Positions 37,801 through 48,448 of a DNA stretch of 64,000 nt are shown here, one piece after another (within the stretch, counting starts at the first letter, position 1; every line of letters starts with the position of its first letter). The notes under the pieces were generated by a model. That model was not told where the DNA came from, searched no databases, and saw only the letters and a list, made by a program, of their open reading frames with translations. Both the position numbers and the translations under genes were made by a program. Source of the stretch: Myxococcales bacterium (GTDB taxonomy: Bacteria; Myxococcota_A; Polyangia; Polyangiales; Polyangiaceae); contig JAYTOU010000042.1 in assembly GCA_043747615.1 (NCBI GenBank), positions 1 through 64,000 of the forward strand, written 5' to 3'.

Positions 37801-40419
37801 GCGCCTGGCGATGCGCTCAGAGATGAAACCGGCGATCGGCAACGTGGGGTCGGCGCGGTGGGCCTGCTCGAGGGAATCTAGCTTGGTTGCGTCCTCGGCA
37901 TCCGCCGCCCGCTCTACGGCCTCGAGGCGCGCAACCGCTCCGCGAACGCCGTCACCAAGAGCGTCCGCCATCGCGTTGAGCTCGGTGGTCAAGTCGACTC
38001 CGGGGTCGAGGCTGGAAAGAGCGCGCATCGCGGGCTCGTGCGTCTTGTCTGCGTCGCGCACCGCGCCGTACGCCATCGTGGCACGGGTTCGGTCGTTCGC
38101 ACGCTCGGCGATGAGGGCCGCCGCAAGGTTTCGATCGTTCGGCGCGTTTCCTTCCGGACCGCCTTCCCAGGCCGCGAGCGCATCACTTACATCGCCGAGA
38201 CGACCTTGGGCCCGCATCTGGTCGAGGCCGAGCGCGCGTTTCGTACCGCCATCTGGGAGCGCGGCGAAGATCGGCTCGAGTAGAGCGTGATTGGCACGCC
38301 CCGCCATCATCCGACCAAGCCGAACCGCAGTGCGTGAAGTCTCGATTCCCGCGACGCGCTCGGCTCGGCTGCCGAGATTTTCGGTGGTTGCAGTCGACAT
38401 GCCGGCAGCAGCTGCGACGAGGGGCGCCATGTCGTGTGCATCGCTGTCCGCGGAAGGCATGAGCGCGAGGATCGCGCCTTCCAGGTCCCGCGTTTTCTCG
38501 CGCGAAAGCAGCGTGAGGACGACGCGCTCGGCCGGAGAGAACGCATCCGCCGACTGCATTGCCGCGCTGAGCAAGGTCTCGTCACCGAGCTCGATTCCGC
38601 GGGCTGCGAGCGCGCGCCGTGCCGCGGAGTGATGAAGCGTCTTCAGCAGGTCCCCAGACGTCGCGCGAGATTCCTGGCGGCTCGCCGCGAGGGCCGCCGA
38701 GAGCCACACCGCTGCGCCCGAGAGCTCGGCCACGGCCTGGAGCTCGAGGATCGCTACAGCGGCCTTGGGGACTTCACCCTTCGCGAGCGCCTGACGTGCA
38801 CGGCGAATCGAGTCGTTGGGCACGAAGGCGAGCTCAGTCGCCGCGCCGGCTTCACCGCGCTCAGTCGCCGCGCCGGCTTCACCTGCGCCTCGCAGACGCG
38901 TAACAAGCGCAACCGCTTCGGCGATGGAAGGCGATTGAGCTGCGGAGATGCGCAATGACGCGCTCGCGAGATCGTCCTCCGAGAGCGCGGTGACGGCGCG
39001 GCCGAGGAGCACGCGTGCGTCCGTGGGGGCAAGTCCGAAAGCCTGCTCGAGGCGCGCTTTCAGCCCGGCCGTGTCCCCAGCAGCGCGCACGGCAACGGCG
39101 GCGACAAGCACCTCGTGCACGTTGGCGACGGCCGACAGTGATCCGACGAGCGCCGCATCGACCGCTTCGCCGATCGCCGTCGCATCATCGAAAGGAATCA
39201 GTCCGCGTACCTGGCGGTGCGTGAGCACGACGTCCGAGGCGAGCGTTCGTGCTTCGCGAGCGAGCGCTGCAGCGATTTCTTTTTCGCCGAGGATTGCCCG
39301 TATCTCACTCACCGCGAGCAAGCCTCGCGCTGTCGGCGCGGCGTCCGTTTGGGCACGAGCTTCGCTCTCAAGCCATGTCGCGCGCTCGCTCATGGCCGCG
39401 CGCGCGGCGTCGGTCAGCCACGATTCGGCTGGTTTCTCGCCTACCAATGGCTCCGCGCTGATGGTCTCGCCCACCATGGGCGGGAGCTCGTCCGGCTCTT
39501 CTCGGGAGTTTTCTGGGGAGTCTTCTGGCGAGTTTTCTGGGGCTGCTTCGTCGAGCTCCTCGATCTCACCGAGCTCACCGAGTTGCTCCAGCTCCTCCAG
39601 CTCGGCGAGCGCCGCGGCTTCTTCGCTCGCGGCCTCGGCCTCGGCGCTCGTAGCGGGCATGCCTGCCGTCGGACTCGCGTGCGCGGCCACGCTTTGGGCG
39701 ATCGCGTCCACGTCGAAGGTCGACGTCTCGTCATCCGGATCGTGGTTGCGCGTATCGGGTGCGAGCAACATGGGGCCGGTGACGCCGGCCGCTGTGTCGG
39801 CATCGGTCGTTGACGCCGGGGGATCTAGCACTTGCTCGCGGGTCGGCGGCGGCCTGGGCGGCTGCACTCTCGCGACCGGCCGTGGGACGGATGGCGCCGC
39901 TACAGGCACTACAGGCGCGACGGGCTCGGGGCCCGGCGGTGGGAACACAGTCGGGAGTGACTCGTCGGCGCCGGCCGCCTTAGTTTGCTCGTATTCGTCC
40001 GAGAGCGTTTGGCGCTCGGGCTTCGCGCCCTCGACGAGGAGCATGTCGATCGCGTCGTCTTCTGCTCGCGATTTTTCCGGTTTGTCCGGGCGTCCGAAGA
40101 GCTGTCGCAAACCGCCCTTCGCGCCGGCGGGGGCACCTCGCGGCGGGATCACCGGGAGATGGGAGATGCGCGTGACGTCGGCGCCCGACTCGGACGTGTC
40201 AACCGGCTGCACGACGGGCGGCGGCGGCCGGTAGAGCGCGCGCGTCGAAGGGGCAGGCGTTCCTTCGAGGACGTGGGGCCGCTGAGTTTGCCGATCCTTT
40301 GCGACCTCCGGCTCGAAGCCTTTGTCCCACTGATCGAGCGCGGCGTCCCAATCGAACTCGTCGTCGCCGCTCTTCTTGCCCGGGTTTTTGTCGTCCTTCT
40401 TGTCGCCGGAGTCGCTCAT
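34861..40419 (-). CDS. Giant TPR-repeat protein (1852 aa) with a disordered N-terminus and a degenerate M48-like C-domain
   Basis: Many TPR-like repeats; C-term TLVLGE...RTFLLARAIKLI...ADRAALLVVG. Confidence 0.85.
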   Translation of the reverse strand: MSDSGDKKDDKNPGKKSGDDEFDWDAALDQWDKGFEPEVAKDRQTQRPHVLEGTPAPSTRALYRPPPPVVQPVDTSESGADVTRISHLPVIPPRGAPAGAKGGLRQLFGRPDKPEKSRAEDDAIDMLLVEGAKPERQTLSDEYEQTKAAGADESLPTVFPPPGPEPVAPVVPVAAPSVPRPVARVQPPRPPPTREQVLDPPASTTDADTAAGVTGPMLLAPDTRNHDPDDETSTFDVDAIAQSVAAHASPTAGMPATSAEAEAASEEAAALAELEELEQLGELGEIEELDEAAPENSPEDSPENSREEPDELPPMVGETISAEPLVGEKPAESWLTDAARAAMSERATWLESEARAQTDAAPTARGLLAVSEIRAILGEKEIAAALAREARTLASDVVLTHRQVRGLIPFDDATAIGEAVDAALVGSLSAVANVHEVLVAAVAVRAAGDTAGLKARLEQAFGLAPTDARVLLGRAVTALSEDDLASASLRISAAQSPSIAEAVALVTRLRGAGEAGAATERGEAGAATELAFVPNDSIRRARQALAKGEVPKAAVAILELQAVAELSGAAVWLSAALAASRQESRATSGDLLKTLHHSAARRALAARGIELGDETLLSAAMQSADAFSPAERVVLTLLSREKTRDLEGAILALMPSADSDAHDMAPLVAAAAGMSTATTENLGSRAERVAGIETSRTAVRLGRMMAGRANHALLEPIFAALPDGGTKRALGLDQMRAQGRLGDVSDALAAWEGGPEGNAPNDRNLAAALIAERANDRTRATMAYGAVRDADKTHEPAMRALSSLDPGVDLTTELNAMADALGDGVRGAVARLEAVERAADAEDATKLDSLEQAHRADPTLPIAGFISERIARRTGAVEVVLRWIRERRAATQDPLEAALDGVREALLVADSDTKLASDRLEEAHRARPDDVALRELYERIAAEPLTDGAAWREKRAASATGAARNALLLEAAHEYERVGDKEGAVRAATAAAAGATGGLERIVLERTEIVAGSVARLADELLAQAREAEDPTVRREAYERLADLDARGRSDAGSALLWHRTILDETPDHKPSLRHVEHALVGDGRDDEIEPVMAAIARALEGSAGGECSAHAGLAARLRMRAGDWDGTRDLAELGRSQPDPAIWALRLHNAHARVQGDNLTQYESTLALVQRATRPAEVATLLVRAAEAATRLGKLDEARELLDRAAGEDAGDVATWTLVAEARKTAGDPRGAAEALESVARTSLVREHQLGAWFDAGRIWIDDVIDDDRGIAAFEQAASLDISFADVFARLSALYVQRGSRAELALLLEHRVGSITDPDERLALEVQRGRVLAEVGDPAGARAALEAALALQPDHTDALSAFGDLCAAGGDWDAAEQAWVRLARLLATPDEQRAVYARLGELYSVHAVNLARAELAFKEVLKRSPDDFASMERLVDLYKRMNDPARAIEAQQHLLGKVWDPATRRKRLIELSSIFETTSHDLRKAEQTLETARREFPTDVGVLRALAEFYIRQKQMPAVHILLDRAAADARRALAAGRFGPALFEMMAAVYDLRGKSDAARAVSAALAAFTGEPVQISGADARGGDPRLDDLLAPELVTPALRALLSKTGDALDSAVPLDFRALRAAPLQHGSPLQPAIQQLAAGMGVPGIQIFVSSQLGQTCLPASSNPPTLVLGESLLTTPNVAARTFLLARAIKLIQAHASAVMRTPPKDLPVLIAAWLQLFNPSWAPQGINPTAMTDVSRRLQAALPRRLDPDVGIMALEVAGAVGTQTLALGPLVLTWADRAALLVVGNPSAALDGIAWANGLREGAPSDAEQRAGWIGRIAEAKEIIAYSVSDAYAEARARSGLK
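38832..38883. repeat. In-frame tandem duplication (25 identical bp, 27-bp period)
   Basis: gctcagtcgccgcgccggcttcacc at 38832 and 38859, encoding GEAGAATE twice. Confidence 0.9.
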
Positions 40420-43400
40420 GACTCTTCCTCGAGGCCGAGCGTTCGACGAAGCTCGATGTAGGACGGCGAGAGCACGAAGCGCACGATTTCGGCAGCGCGC
40501 TCGTCTGACTTTGCGAGCCCGCGTGCCTGCTCGATGGGCGCGCCGAGAAGGTCACTGAGCGTGAACGCCACGTCACCCGAGGCGAGCAGCTGCGCGCGCG
40601 CGAGTGACATCAGCCCCCGCTTCGACCACGCCTTGGCATCTTGTCCGGACGAGACGATCGCCTTGCAAATATCGGGGATCAACTTCTTCGTCTTCCGGGA
40701 GATCGCCTTCGACATCAATTTCTCGACCTCGGCCAAAACAGCGTACGGCGGGGCGTCGACGCGAACGTCGACGATGCGGCAGGCGGCGACCACGATGGCA
40801 GCGATCGTCGTCTCGTCGCGCGAGCGAAGGATGGTCGTGCCCCTCACGAGCCCGCATAGCTCGCGAGCGATGGCTCCGCGGAGGACCGGACTGAGCGGCG
40901 CGTTCGCCCCAGCGCCGACGACGAGCGAGGGGATTTCCCCCGGCACCGCCTGCACGGACTTGGGGTCCTTTCCGCCGACGTAGAGATCGAAGTCGTTGAT
41001 GCCGAAGCACCCCGCCCAACTAGCGATTTCGTTGCGCAGGGCGAGCCCGCTGCGTGCTTCCACCTTGTCGCGTTTGGTCACCCCCAGGCCAGCGAGCGAA
41101 GGCCCGAGAGCTTCTGCGAGCGTCGGGGCGAGGAGCGTGAAGAGCTGCGCGATTGGGCCTTCGTCGCCGGCGGCCAAGAGCGAACGCAGGAGCGGCTCGG
41201 TCATCGCGATCTGCGGAAAGCGCGGCTTGCGCGAGACGAACTGGGCGATCTTCTGCTCGATTTGCGGGGTGCTCTCGCCGATGGCGATCGACGTGGAGAG
41301 CGCGACGTACTCCGTCTCGCCGTGCTTGAGGGCGTGGGCGATCCGAGCGAGCCGCTGGACGACCGCGAGATCGATGGGCTGGGCTTTCAGCTGGAGCAGG
41401 ATGGCATCCTTGGCACGAAGCAGGATCGGCTTGAGCGCAAAGGTGTCCTTCTCTAGCTCGAGCAGCATGTCGAGCGCCTCGCCGTCTCCCGGTGACTCTT
41501 CGAGCAACTTGAGGATGGCTACGGCCGCCCCCCTCGCGTCGTTCAAGCGATCGCGATGGATCGCAATCGACAGGCGCGCGGCCTCGATGCGGCCTTGCGG
41601 CTCGGGACGCTCGTTCATCAACTCTTCGAGAATGGCGGTCGCTTCCTTCCAGCTGCCGACGCGGGCCGCCGCTCGGGCGAGGCGCTCGCGCACGGGCAGG
41701 GTAGAGAGCTTTGCGCGATGCAGAGCGATGAGCACCTCGAGCGCTTTGTCGTACTGATCGAGCTTGTTTTCGTAGAGATCGACGGCAGCGATACCTGCGG
41801 TTACTCGATTCTTCGCCGGCGCCTCACTGATGGTCGCGAGCTTGGCGAGGTTCGTGGCCGCCTCTTCGTACTGGCCGCGACGAATGAAGATCTCGCCGGT
41901 GAGCGCGAGCGCGCCGACATGCTCGGGTTCGATCATCGTGACGTTTTCGAGCGCCGTGAGCGCGCCATCGACGTCACCCTTCTCGCGGAGCACGCGGGCC
42001 TGCTCCCAATAGAGCTTGCCGATCTCCGTCGGGTCTTCGGTGACCTCGAGACGGCGCTCGATGATCGCAAGGAGGCGATCGGCGTCCTTCTTCTCGCGCA
42101 CCCGCCGAAACAACTTGTCGAAGGCGACCGCGCGGTGTGCGTCGCGGGCGAAGCTTGCGTTGAACGCATCTTCGGCCTCTTGCGATTGACCGAGCGCGTT
42201 GCGCAGATGCGCGGCCTCTTCCCAAAATGCCGCGCCTCGGCGCGAATCGGCGCAGCGCGCGCCGAGCTGGGAGGCGGCCCGCGCTTGGAGTGCCTTGTCC
42301 TCGAGCGCCTCCGCAGCGGCGCGAAGACCCTCCCATCCGGCGAGATCTGCGACGTGAGCCTTGGTGACGACGAGAAAGCTTTCTTTTGCCGCCTCGAAAT
42401 CGCCGGCGGCGAGGAGCGACCAGCCCGCGAGGCCGAGAGCGTCGAGTTGCGCGTTGTCTCCGAGGGCGCGGTTGAGAGCACGCAGAGCCGCTGCGCGCCG
42501 ACGCGGGTCGGAGCCCGGAGGCGCGAGGTCTAGATTCACGAGCCGAATGGCGTCGGAATCGCCGGCGATGAGGCCTTGGCTGCCGTGCGCCGCGACGAGG
42601 TTGAGCATGGCTGCGCCCGCCGTGACCGCGTCGCGGGCCTCGCCTTCGAGGACGCTGGCGATCGCTTTCCACGCTTCGACTTCGCGCTCGAACGAGCCCT
42701 CGGACATCGTCGCCGCGACCCACTCGATCCCCGCCGCGAGCCCCGCCCCCGCATCGAACCAGCGCTGCGCAGCCTCGACCGCGAGCGCGGGCTCCGCCTG
42801 TCGTGCTCTTCGCAGCTGCTCGGCCGCGGCGATCTGGCTTGCACCGGCCGCGGCGAGCCGGGCGATGGCTGCGTCCAAGCGCTCCGGATCTTCCGTGCTC
42901 TCCGGCCAAACGAGCCGCGCGAGTGCCCCGGCGGTCGCCAGGTCGCCGTCGGCCTGCTCGAGAACGGAGAGCGCGTCGCGCACCGCGTCGCTGTCGCCAC
43001 CGCAGACCTCCGAGGAAAAGCGTTCGAGGGCGACGCTTCCGGCGTCCTCTCCGCCTTCGATCGCGACGGCGAGCACCCGACGACGGGCTTCGAGCGAGTC
43101 GACATCGACGCCGCGGGCGGCCCACGCGAAGGCGGTCCTGGCGGGCGCCGAAGCCCCTCGTCCAGCAGCTTCGAACGCGTCGAGCGCTGCCTTCCGTTCG
43201 CCGGCCCGCCAGCGTGAGAAGCCTGCCTCGAGGTGGAGCGCGCCGGCGAGCGACGGATCCGTCGTCGCAAGCGCGCACGCGGTGAGGACCTCGGCTGCCG
43301 CAGCGTGGGCTCCGCTCGCCCGCTCGATATCGGCGAGGTACGTCGCCACGATCGGATCAGCGGGTTCTTTTTCGGCGAGCGCCCGAAGCCTGGTCCGCGT

Positions 43401-45248
43401 CCCATCGAGATCTCCCGACGCGTGCGCGTGCATCGCGACCACCAGGTAGAGACCGCGCGCGAGATCCGGGTTGCCTTCGATCTCCGCAATTTTTTCGAGC
43501 GACTGCCACCGGGGTGCTGCGTCTCCGCCTTCGATCGGAAGAAACGCCTCGAGCACGTTGCCGAGCCACGCGCCGCCCGGCGCATCGGTCAGCTCGGAGA
43601 GCGCTTTTTTCGTCCCCTCGGCGTCGCCATGCGCGCTTCGGGCGCGAAGCAGCTCGAACCAAAGCTGTGACAGCTCCTCGGGGGTGGACCCGTTCGCAAC
43701 GAGCCGCCGCGTCGCTTCTTCGTGCCACGCGGTCTCGCCGCGGAGCCCCGCGATCATGCGCGCGATCCGCGACAGCGTTCCCGGCGCAACACCATGCAGC
43801 CCCGCTTGCGAGAGCGCTCCCTTCGCGCCGTCGATGTCCCCCGCCCGCACGCCCCACGCGTAGGCGGCGACAACGTAAGCGCGGCCGCGCGCTTCGTCGG
43901 TCGTCAAATTCTCAGCGAACGCCTCGAGCTGCGTAGCGAAGGCCGCTGCGTCCGGACCATCGGCGAGGAGATCGAGCTGCAGTGCGCGTGCGGGTAAACA
44001 GGCCGGATCGTTTGCGACCGCTTGCGATAGAGCGTCGAGGGCGGCTTGCGCGTTGCCCTCGCTCGCAGCTTGCTCGGCGATGCGCATGGCGAGCGACGCG
44101 GCGATCTTCGAGTCTTGTTCCGACTCGAGACGCCCGCGCGCAAGATCGGCCGCGCGCCGTGTGTCGCCCATCAACTCCGCCATGCGAATGCGCGCATTGA
44201 CGATGGGCGGGATGACCGTGGTGTCGATGGACGCCGGGTCGCCCCCGGGGGCGCCGGCGAGCACGACCTCATGGGCGCGGTTCAGCGTGTCGGCGGCTTT
44301 CTGGTACTCGCCGTTGAGGCGACGAGCGTCTGCGGCGCGCAGCCACGAGTCCACCATGTACGTCGCCGCGCGGGCCATCGCGGGGACACCAAGCGCTGTG
44401 CCGCGGGCGCCATCGGTCATCGCCACGAGGCTCATCTCGGCCTTCGCCTCGAGCGCGGAGGCATAGGCATTTCCGCGAAGTTTGACCTCCTCGGATCCTG
44501 CGACGCCAGGCTCGCTTCGCGCAAGTCGCTCCGTCGCGAGCACCGCCAGAAACGTTGCTCCCGCATCTTTCGCGCGCGCGTCTTCGAGGAGCTCGAATGC
44601 GCGCGCAGTGTCACCGCTCTCTGCGACGAGGCGAGCGAGGTCGATGAGCAGGAGCCCCTGCCACGTCGGATCGCCGGGCCGCTTCGCCCGCTCTTCGAGC
44701 GCTTCGATGCGGGTCGCGGGCTCACCGATCTTCGCAGCGAGGAGCTCGAGCGCGAGCCAAGCGTTGGTGGTCTCGACATCCGACGCGCCGGTGGACGTGG
44801 CCTCGCGCAGCGCAGCTCTTGCCCCCTCGGGATCGGTAGAAACGTCGTCGAGGAATGCGGCGCGCATCACGAGGGCGCGCGTTTTTTCTTCCGGAGTGAC
44901 GGCCGCCCGGGCGAGCGCATCGATCAGGCGCCCAAGGTTCTTCAGGGAACGACGGCGCTCGAGGAGGCGAACCAGGCCTTCGAGCGGCTCGCGAAAGGAG
45001 GGTTCGGCGTTGAACGCGCCAAGGTAGTCTCGGGCGGCGCCTACCTCGTCTGCGGCGCGCTCCTCGAGCTCGCCGATCTCGCCTAGAAGACGGGCCTGAC
45101 GCGTCTTGTCGGTCGCCGCGGAGGCTTCTCGACGCAGGCGTGCGATGGACGATTCCGTTTTCCACGCGTCAGGACGCGCAGATGAGTCGGCGGGTTCGCC
45201 GTCTGCGTGAACATCGCCCTGTTGGTTCGACGAGTCCGCGACCGTCAC
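40416..45248 (-). CDS. Giant TPR-repeat protein (1610 aa) with a degenerate M48-like C-domain
   Basis: TPR-like helices throughout; C-term SLVVGAG...RGAIARELCGL...ARAQLLASGD; ATGA overlap with the next gene. Confidence 0.85.
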   Translation of the reverse strand: MTVADSSNQQGDVHADGEPADSSARPDAWKTESSIARLRREASAATDKTRQARLLGEIGELEERAADEVGAARDYLGAFNAEPSFREPLEGLVRLLERRRSLKNLGRLIDALARAAVTPEEKTRALVMRAAFLDDVSTDPEGARAALREATSTGASDVETTNAWLALELLAAKIGEPATRIEALEERAKRPGDPTWQGLLLIDLARLVAESGDTARAFELLEDARAKDAGATFLAVLATERLARSEPGVAGSEEVKLRGNAYASALEAKAEMSLVAMTDGARGTALGVPAMARAATYMVDSWLRAADARRLNGEYQKAADTLNRAHEVVLAGAPGGDPASIDTTVIPPIVNARIRMAELMGDTRRAADLARGRLESEQDSKIAASLAMRIAEQAASEGNAQAALDALSQAVANDPACLPARALQLDLLADGPDAAAFATQLEAFAENLTTDEARGRAYVVAAYAWGVRAGDIDGAKGALSQAGLHGVAPGTLSRIARMIAGLRGETAWHEEATRRLVANGSTPEELSQLWFELLRARSAHGDAEGTKKALSELTDAPGGAWLGNVLEAFLPIEGGDAAPRWQSLEKIAEIEGNPDLARGLYLVVAMHAHASGDLDGTRTRLRALAEKEPADPIVATYLADIERASGAHAAAAEVLTACALATTDPSLAGALHLEAGFSRWRAGERKAALDAFEAAGRGASAPARTAFAWAARGVDVDSLEARRRVLAVAIEGGEDAGSVALERFSSEVCGGDSDAVRDALSVLEQADGDLATAGALARLVWPESTEDPERLDAAIARLAAAGASQIAAAEQLRRARQAEPALAVEAAQRWFDAGAGLAAGIEWVAATMSEGSFEREVEAWKAIASVLEGEARDAVTAGAAMLNLVAAHGSQGLIAGDSDAIRLVNLDLAPPGSDPRRRAAALRALNRALGDNAQLDALGLAGWSLLAAGDFEAAKESFLVVTKAHVADLAGWEGLRAAAEALEDKALQARAASQLGARCADSRRGAAFWEEAAHLRNALGQSQEAEDAFNASFARDAHRAVAFDKLFRRVREKKDADRLLAIIERRLEVTEDPTEIGKLYWEQARVLREKGDVDGALTALENVTMIEPEHVGALALTGEIFIRRGQYEEAATNLAKLATISEAPAKNRVTAGIAAVDLYENKLDQYDKALEVLIALHRAKLSTLPVRERLARAAARVGSWKEATAILEELMNERPEPQGRIEAARLSIAIHRDRLNDARGAAVAILKLLEESPGDGEALDMLLELEKDTFALKPILLRAKDAILLQLKAQPIDLAVVQRLARIAHALKHGETEYVALSTSIAIGESTPQIEQKIAQFVSRKPRFPQIAMTEPLLRSLLAAGDEGPIAQLFTLLAPTLAEALGPSLAGLGVTKRDKVEARSGLALRNEIASWAGCFGINDFDLYVGGKDPKSVQAVPGEIPSLVVGAGANAPLSPVLRGAIARELCGLVRGTTILRSRDETTIAAIVVAACRIVDVRVDAPPYAVLAEVEKLMSKAISRKTKKLIPDICKAIVSSGQDAKAWSKRGLMSLARAQLLASGDVAFTLSDLLGAPIEQARGLAKSDERAAEIVRFVLSPSYIELRRTLGLEEES

Positions 45249-45320
45249 GTGAGGAGAAGGTACCGAATCAAAGGTGATTTCGCGACAGAAATGCGAAGTC
45301 GACCGCCCGACATGGCCCGA

Positions 45321-45608
45321 TTAAAGAAGTGTCTTCAATTTCTCGTTGATCTTCTCTTCGACGGTGCCCTTCATCATCTTCAGCATGAACGGAAGGTCGA
45401 CCTGCACGCGCACGGCCGATGTGCTCACGTCCACGGTGCCCTTGGCCCCCTTCGCCATCCCCGACGGGGCGTGGAATACGATCGTGTCGTTCTCCCAGCT
45501 CCACACGATCCCGAGCTTGATGGCCATGCCGGCGGCAAGCTCTTCGGCCTTCTTTTTTGCGTCGGCGAGCGGAAGAGCGTGGTTCCGGGAAATATCGATC
45601 GTGGCCAT
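45321..45608 (-). CDS. Polyhydroxyalkanoic acid system (PHA_gran_rgn-like) protein
   Basis: 95 aa; IDISRNHAL...W.W..D....G.KG.VDV....V.V.VDLPF pattern. Confidence 0.75.
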   Translation of the reverse strand: MATIDISRNHALPLADAKKKAEELAAGMAIKLGIVWSWENDTIVFHAPSGMAKGAKGTVDVSTSAVRVQVDLPFMLKMMKGTVEEKINEKLKTLL

Positions 45609-45637
45609 GGCGGTGTCCTCGGTCCTAAAGGGAAAAT

Positions 45638-46222
45638 TTATTCGGTGCGTTTGACGATCCAGAAGCCTTTTGGTGTGTCGATCGGCTCGCTGACGCCGTT
45701 CACGGGCAGCATGAAGAGCGCGTATTCCGGGGCAAGCTCGAGGACGCCACGCGGAACCCGCCCAACGTCCTCTGCAGAGCCTGGATCCCCCTTGGCGACG
45801 GTGCCCTTGAAATCGGTGCGCGCATCGGAGGAGAGCTTGACCGCGAGCTCGCTCGCGACCGCCTTCGAGCGAGCCGTCGGCGAGGCGCCCTGCGCGCCGG
45901 CGTACGAGACGAGGATCACCCCGAACCGCACCTGCTTCGGAGCCTTCGAGGGCAGGGGAGGCACCGCGGTTCCATCCTCCATCTTCGATCCGACACCCGC
46001 ATCGAGTCGGTTGTCGGGCGTGGTCCCTCGGGCCATCTCGCCGAAGGCTTCTCCGGCGTCGGTCAGCCCGAACATGTCTACCGTCGCTACGGCGATCGCG
46101 GCATCGACCCCTGCATCCGGTGCCGATACTGTCTTCGACTTCTGCATCATGAGCATGCTGCCGAGCACGACGACGGCGACGGCCAGGGCGATCGTCAGTA
46201 TGCGGTGGTGTTCGGGTTTCAC
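45638..46222 (-). CDS. Membrane-anchored parvulin-like (PpiC) protein lacking both conserved His residues
   Basis: GTG 46222 overlaps the atpC stop; TM helix; VRFGVILVSY...DVGRVPRG...VSEPIDTPKGFWIVKR. Confidence 0.8.
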   Translation of the reverse strand: MKPEHHRILTIALAVAVVVLGSMLMMQKSKTVSAPDAGVDAAIAVATVDMFGLTDAGEAFGEMARGTTPDNRLDAGVGSKMEDGTAVPPLPSKAPKQVRFGVILVSYAGAQGASPTARSKAVASELAVKLSSDARTDFKGTVAKGDPGSAEDVGRVPRGVLELAPEYALFMLPVNGVSEPIDTPKGFWIVKRTE

Positions 46223-46758
46223 GACTCGCTTTTTTCGGTGCTCGACGCGTCGTCGTCCGGGATGTCTTCGTCGGCCATCGGCGCGGGAGGGCCCCACTCC
46301 TCGGCCGGACGCATCGTCGGCGGGGGCGGATCCCCGTAGAGCTCGAGCTGAGCTGCGAGCCAGTTCTCTTTGAAAATAAGCACGCGGCGCTGATCGACGG
46401 CGACCGGATCGCTCACCGCTTCTTGCGCGAGCTTGGAGATCTGCTCCTCCGTCTCGGCCAGCTCTTTGCGCAGGATCACCGGATCGAGATCCTCTCGGAC
46501 GGCATAGTGATCGGTGAGGATCACCAGCTTGTTCGCTCCAACTTCCGCGAAGCCCGGGCCGATGACGCACTTATGCGTTTCGCCTCCGTCGCGGTAAGTG
46601 ACGAGCCCCGTGCGGAGCGCGCTCACCATGGGGACATGGCCGGGGAGAACGCCGAACTCACCCTCGGTGCTCGGAGCCGTTACTTCATCGACCGTCGCGA
46701 CAAGCGCTTTGCCCTTCGGCGTGACGATCTCAAGGTCGATCCTGTTGTCAGTCGCCAT
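46219..46758 (-). CDS. atpC: ATP synthase F1 epsilon subunit with a C-terminal extension
   Basis: LEIVTP, EGEFGVLPGHVP, GFAEV; directly downstream of atpD. Confidence 0.93.
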   Translation of the reverse strand: MATDNRIDLEIVTPKGKALVATVDEVTAPSTEGEFGVLPGHVPMVSALRTGLVTYRDGGETHKCVIGPGFAEVGANKLVILTDHYAVREDLDPVILRKELAETEEQISKLAQEAVSDPVAVDQRRVLIFKENWLAAQLELYGDPPPPTMRPAEEWGPPAPMADEDIPDDDASSTEKSES

Positions 46759-46762
46759 TTGA

Positions 46763-48304
<1,542 letters not shown>

Positions 48305-48448
48305 CTAGGGCCACTCGTCACTCGTTCAAACCTATCGCCGCTTCATAAAACCTCGTCGCCTCCGCCACTAACGCGGATGGTCCTCGAATTCTCGAAGATT
48401 CCCTGGAGTACGTGACCTTTTGCCAGTCGAGCCGGTAAGACTAGTCGG

